A program made the translations under genes and the position numbers. A stretch of 55,267 nt of DNA, counting the filler, from Catajapyx aquilonaris (lineage: Eukaryota), in assembly GCA_000934665.2 (NCBI GenBank). It is 2 parts of 2 records of this genome, joined end to end, with 100 filler letters (N's around TTAATTAATTAA, not from the genome) between each part and the next. Parts side by side here need not be neighbours in the genome. Positions count along the whole stretch, not along the records: positions 27,670 to 55,267 come from JYFJ02005042.1; 1 more part is not named here. One strand, written 5' to 3'. Of this stretch, positions 50,351-55,267 are shown in pieces (position 1 is the stretch's first letter; each line of letters starts with the position of its first letter). Under the pieces are notes generated by a model. That model did not search any database and was not told the origin of the DNA. It saw nothing but the letters and a program-made list of their open reading frames with translations.

Positions 50351-51417
50351 GGGCCAGTTGCACCAACCTCAGTATATCTTAGAACCTCGGGTATATCAAG
50401 AATTGCCATAGCAATCATTGTTGGTCAACAATGATTGCTATGGCAATTCTTGATATACCCGAGGTTCTAAGATATACTGAGGTCGGTGCCAAAGAGCTTA
50501 ATACTAGGAAGAGTGGAAAAAACAGCTGGTAGCATAGCAACCGTGTCGCCAATCGACTGACCTGCCACCTGGCGAGTCGACAGCGAAACTCGATACTGTA
50601 TTGTACAATACGGTAGATCGAGGCAGTGCCGGAAATATGGCAATAAAAGCCCCAGAGGTTGGAAATAAGTCATAAGTACTAGTATACTCCCGTCAAATTG
50701 CCGACAAAACACGTTGCAGAAGACCTGTGAATAAAAAAACCATCACGAAAAGCAAATATTATTTGCCAGAAGTTTATTGATTTCCACTACAATCCCACAC
50801 TCTGCTCTATACAATACACACCAAGGTACACACTGATAATGATGCTGAACATGGTCACATGACAGGAAGATATACCCCCCGCTGCCATCTTGTCGCAAGT
50901 GGCGGGACGGGCTTGTTCTTCTTCCCGTGAACTCGAGAACCTTGGAGGCCCCTTTGGTAACGAAAAGAATGTGATCCGAGACCTTGTGCGCGAACAGCAG
51001 TAGTAGCACGCGGCACCCGAACGTCTGCGCCATACTATGCCGGCAAAGGAACTTGTTCAATTTCGAAATTCGAACGTGATTTCTAAGCAACGAGGGGATT
51101 ATTTGTATTGTTAGGTGCAGGGTGGCCAGCTGCGCAGAATATCAGTTTCGGGTCCAATATTAGTTCCTTACCCCGTACGACCTCATATTGGTCAGTTTTT
51201 AGATTTATAACTCTTAAATTATGTGCCTCTTGATATTAAATCAACACAGTTTATTGAAATTCATCTCGACAGCACTCGACGGTGCCGCCTAGTGGCGCCG
51301 CGTAGTGAGCCATCAGCAAAACACGTTGGCCAAACAACTGGCCAAAAAGTGGCGACGCTTGGAAACCGTTTTTTCCACTCTTCCTAGTATAAGCTCTTTG
51401 GTCGGTGCAACTGGCCC
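50351..51417. mobile_element. Palindromic PIF/Harbinger MITE interrupted by a P-like element
   Basis: CTA|GGGCCAGTTGCACC ... GGTGCAACTGGCCC|CTA (3-bp TSD); near-perfect hairpin centred at about 50424. Confidence 0.88.
50490..51400 (-). mobile_element. Non-autonomous P-element-like transposon, 911 bp
   Basis: TIR CAAAGAGCTT(A)ATACTAGGAAGAGTGGAAAAAAC; 8-bp TSD GTCGGTGC (50482-50489, 51401-51408); THAP-start-like remnant CYYCC...ITFFSLPK on the minus strand. Confidence 0.85.
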
Positions 51418-52409
51418 CTAGTCAACGAAAATCTGCCAAATGCACCAAACCTCCCACTTTTCAAGTCTCCATGGAGATGCCCTCATGCAACAATAGAACA
51501 CTGTCTACTCTGATTGTTGTGTGAGGTCATTATATTTTCATGGGAATAGAAAAAGTGGGAGGTTCCAGAGGTATGTTCAGCAGATTTCCATTGACTTGGA
51601 GTTGGTAAGCGAAAATATTATGCCACAGTCAAGTCCAGCTGGGTCATCTTTATTGTGTGAGGGCATCTCCATGGAAACTTGAAAAGTGAGATATTGTTAA
51701 GAGGAGCCGTGAGAGGAGTGTGTTGAGCAATTTAGGCTCATTTTTGGAAGCTGAAACAAAAGGCATTAAAATTCCTCATAAAAATAAGTTACCCCAAGTA
51801 TGCTAGTTTAACTCAGTGAACCTGCATTCCCCTGGGTTTCCATAGCAAACTCACAAACAGACCAACTCACAAACTTCCTGAAATATAGATATAGATCTCT
51901 GCATGCTGCATAAATCATGGAATCATCTTACTGTGCCTTGGTTGGTTTGCCGATGGTTATTCGCAATTGTGCCTGGCAGTTTGTATGTTTCTTGGATGCA
52001 CTCTTCCCAGGCTTAGGCCGCGTGTTATGCTGGCACCGATAGCCAGCCTGGAATGGAAATAAATTTTGATGAAATTAAGAAATTCAGGCGAAGAAGATGG
52101 CCTGATTTGATAACATGAAAATGCTATTAAGAGAAGATTGCTTGGGTCATTATGTAGAACGTTCGTGTTGATGGACCACAGTGGTCCTCCAATGTCCACC
52201 AAAAGGAAACATTGGCAATTTTTCTTTTCATTCAGTGATTAATCACTAGCATTGTACAGTGCTAGACATTAATGGTAGCGACATAGGCGGCAGAAGGGCA
52301 CATAGAAGTGATAAAGTTTGATCCATGCAAATGAGAAATGGTAAGCCCTGGGTGAAGTCAACAGTGGGCTCAATCGTTCAAAACGTTATTGTACCAATTA
52401 AGGTCCTGC

Positions 52410-52935
52410 ACTACTGTGCATGGGTTGACTCAAAAGTCATTGCGTGTATTTAAAATTAAAAATGGTAACATACAGAGGTGACCTTTACTACTTTTTGAAG
52501 CTCTGGGCGATTAAATTTGCTCTGGAATGTGGATGCCACCCAGATCTCAAGAAGCGCCAATATACACAGGGGGATCATGACCTGCCACATCCCACCATCG
52601 CCCTAAGACGACCTGAGCCTGACTTGATAGGAGCTGTTGGAAGTTGCTTGCAGTGCTTCTGTGTTGTCCATCTTCAAGAGTCCTGCATGCAGCATTCAAG
52701 AGCTCCAATCATGTAAGGCTCGGGGCATCTTAGGGTGATGGTGCGGTGGAGGGTTCATAATCCCCTTTCATATACTGGTCCTGCTCATGATCTCTGTGCC
52801 ATCTACTGTATATACCAGGTGAAATTGTAATCACAGACACATCAAATCATAGTAAAGGTCATCTCTCTATATGCTACTATTTTTTAAATTTAAAAATGTG
52901 CACAATAACATGTAAATCAACCCATGTATACAGTA
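52410..52935. repeat. About 520-bp imperfect palindrome inside a MULE intron
   Basis: CATGGGTTGA...GGTGACCTTTACTA pairs with TAGTAAAGGTCATC...TCAACCCATG; CACCATCGCCCTAAGA pairs with TCTTAGGGTGATGGTG. Confidence 0.8.
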
Positions 52936-54519
52936 TATTGCTATTACAACATTTTATGTTACACTGATGATAAGTATACATACTTTGTAGATTCTTCTCG
53001 GAGTATCTTCCGGAAAAACTCTATAAATGCGCCATGTGGTGCATGACTTTTGCTGGAATTCAGCAAGCCATGCATCTGCATCTTCTCGCGAGAAGACATT
53101 CACTTTGAGAGTTGTCTCGAACTGTGGCTCCTGACCAAAATTCTCCAGCAAGAGAAAATCTTTAACTACATATTTGAAGTTAGGCAGCACCTTCTGTAAA
53201 TTAAAATACATGTTGCCATTATGTTGATGATGATGTATTTATCCTGTCAGTGTATTATGATTTGGATTATTCCTCACCGCCAGTTGCTGAGGAATATCAA
53301 TCCCAGTAGGTGCCCCTAAATGTTGTGTGTTGGCTGGAGTAGCTGGAGTGGGCTCTTGGCCTGGAGTCTGGCCGATGCTGGCAGCTGTAGGAAGCAAGTT
53401 TTCACCAGTGAGTTCCTAGTTTATACAGTGGGATTACTCTGGGTCTCACCTGGGTTGAGTTGTGTGTTGGCTGGAGTAGCTGGAGTGGGCTGTTGGCCTG
53501 GAGTCTGGCCGATGCTGGGAGCTGTAGGAAGCAATAAGTTCTCACCAGTGAGTTCCTAGTTTGGATTACCCTAGATTCCTAGTTGGGATTACTATGGGTC
53601 TCACCTGGGTTCAGTTCCCCATCGTGTCCCATGCCTTCCACATCGGCTGATGATGCCCCTAAATGTGTAGTGTTGGCTGGAACCTCAACTGGAACTGCAA
53701 CCTCAACCTGCTCAACCTGGTTTATACACTGCACTGGGATTACTCTGATGGGTCTCACCTGACTCACTGCAACTCCTCAACCTGGTTTATACACTGGTTT
53801 ATACAACAATAACAACAACATCATGACATTTCCCTATGAGGGGTAGTCAGCAATGAAGGGAGACGCAAGCTAACCCAACATATGAACTAAATTAAAACTT
53901 GTGAAAATAAACCTAAATACAACCTGTCCCACCCCCCACCCCATGCCCACCTCAGACATCACCTTATCCTCAGACATATTTACCTATTTACCCACCTGGT
54001 TTATACACTGCACTGGGATTACTCTGGGTCTTACCTGACTCACTGCAACCTCAACCTGTTCAACCTAGCTGCAAATCACCTGCTACAGTGCAAGGCTGTG
54101 ACGTCACAAGGCTGACGTCATAGGGGGAGGAGCTAACTTCCATGACGTCGGAGTGGGAGGGGATATCCCACGAAAGGGTGCGAGGAATCGTAAACCGGCG
54201 TCCCGTTTTGAAGTCGGGGGTCGGTGGTTAAAGTGCAGAGATGGTGGCGATACATACACGCGGTAGGAATCCAATGTTGCATGATGGGATGCCTCCGTCG
54301 CTACTGGTCTGACGTCGTGTTGGTGATCCAACAGGGAAGGAAACGGGGTTAGCATAGATAAAGGAAAGTGGGGCTAAGTGGGAGAGAATATCACAAGAGA
54401 CAGAGTTAACAATAGGTGCATACGACCGGTGTCTCATCCGACGTAGTAACAGATGGAGATAGTACATAATAAAATGCGTGGGGCACAACACCTTTCCCGA
54501 GAGGGTAAGGTCACAGTAC

Positions 54520-54590
54520 CTTTCTTGATTGCCACTCTGAAAAAATCCAGGACTGCCTTCCTCTCTTCTGGGTCCCAATTAGTTCGCTCT
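54520..54590 (-). pseudogene. C-terminal Myb-like exon of a Crypton-like protein
   Basis: RTNWDPEERKAVLDFFRVAIKK flanked by TTTTAG| and |GTAC splice sites. Confidence 0.45.
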
Positions 54591-54730
54591 AAAAATTAAA
54601 TATTTTCCTCAGTTCTCAAATACCACATTTGTAAAGGACGTATTTGACTAGTACCTTTTGTGGTGACCCTGCCACTTGGAGGACTCGGAGAATGTTGCTG
54701 GGGCTTTTCTGTAATGAATTTCATTTTGGA

Positions 54731-55069
54731 TTATTGGCATTCGTGTCCTGCGAATAGTTTAAGAGTGGCGTGCAAATACAGCTGCACTACGACCACAGGC
54801 ATCGCCATAGTGTTTTTCATACCGGGACTGTCTCCTTGCATGTGTTTCTGGACATGCCTCTGAAACCCCCCGGAAGTGTTCAGGGAGAGGACAGCAGACG
54901 CACACCTCGTCTGAAATGAGGTGCTCTTGGAGTACTTAATTCGCTTGCCACTTTGAAATTTGGCAGTGATATTGTTGAGGTCCTCGCACATATTGTTGGA
55001 TTCGGTTCGAACGAGGCTGTTGGCCTCGTTCGCTAGGTTTTGGACGATCGCCTGCATGACCGTCCACAT
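54731..55069 (-). pseudogene. Second Kolobok-like transposase fragment
   Basis: LANEANSLV..ESNNMCEDLNNITAKFQSGKRIKYSKSTSFQTRCASAVLSLNT...SPG; homologous to, but diverged from, 43770-43900. Confidence 0.75.
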
Positions 55070-55267
55070 GCCGCACCGGCCGCACTCTTCAAACTCGACA
55101 ACAACCTAGCGAACGACATTTTATCTAATATATAAATAAGGTATCAGGCACTTATTACAAATGCATTACAATAAGTGTGGGAAAGAATTATGATATTGTC
55201 TCGTGATCATTTATTCTGCTATTGTATGTACAGTATACAGTTGTGTACCCGTACATGTTGCACCATT

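Larger units (their letters stand above)
49356..53193 (-). pseudogene. MULE transposase exons (52984-53193, 51932-52047, about 50190-49356); catalytic DDE core not found
   Basis: ...RRIYK|AGYRCQHNTRPK...KKHTNCQAQLRITI joined at GT-AG sites; SWIM finger WSCSCPIGYNGGACNHQYAV and IHVQPTAISRRR in the last exon. Confidence 0.8.
48542..54199 (-). mobile_element. Complete but internally deleted Mutator (MULE) element, 5658 bp
   Basis: 9-bp TSD GTCCCGTTT at 48533-48541 and 54200-54208; long TIRs (GCTGGTGTCGGATTCCTCGCACCC.../...GGGTGCGAGGAATCGTAAACCGGC) with internal subrepeats; spliced MULE exons inside. Confidence 0.9.

Overview
Eukaryotic, probably insect/arthropod, repeat-rich DNA. It consists of two contigs joined by an artificial 100-bp linker (44 N + TTAATTAATTAA + 44 N, 27570-27669). 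The left contig (1-27569) is mostly non-coding. It holds two GC-rich minisatellites, an apparently intact three-exon Myb/SANT-coiled-coil gene beside a Tc1/mariner pseudogene, several palindromic MITEs, a full-length tRNA-SINE with TSD, and a 311-bp miniature LTR element (TRIM). The TRIM primer site contains 47 nt of copied tRNA-Leu with a substitution at the m1A58 position. The right contig (27670-55267) is a dense patchwork of about 28 short, degraded coding fragments from at least 14 transposon groups (LINE, Gypsy, EnSpm, Sola, Tc1/mariner, Academ, pogo, hAT, Kolobok-like/YqaJ, Maverick, NOF/OTU-MULE, Crypton-like, Utopia/R2-like, Transib, ISL2EU). It also contains F-box pieces and a PIWI L1-PAZ piece. 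Every fragment I could recognise lies on the minus strand. This is the pattern expected of a uni-strand, antisense (flamenco-like) piRNA-cluster library, here built mainly from DNA-transposon ORF snippets; that function is inferred, not shown. A complete, internally deleted Mutator element (9-bp TSD) with nested MITEs has inserted into the patchwork. All family assignments come from motif recognition by eye, not database searches.
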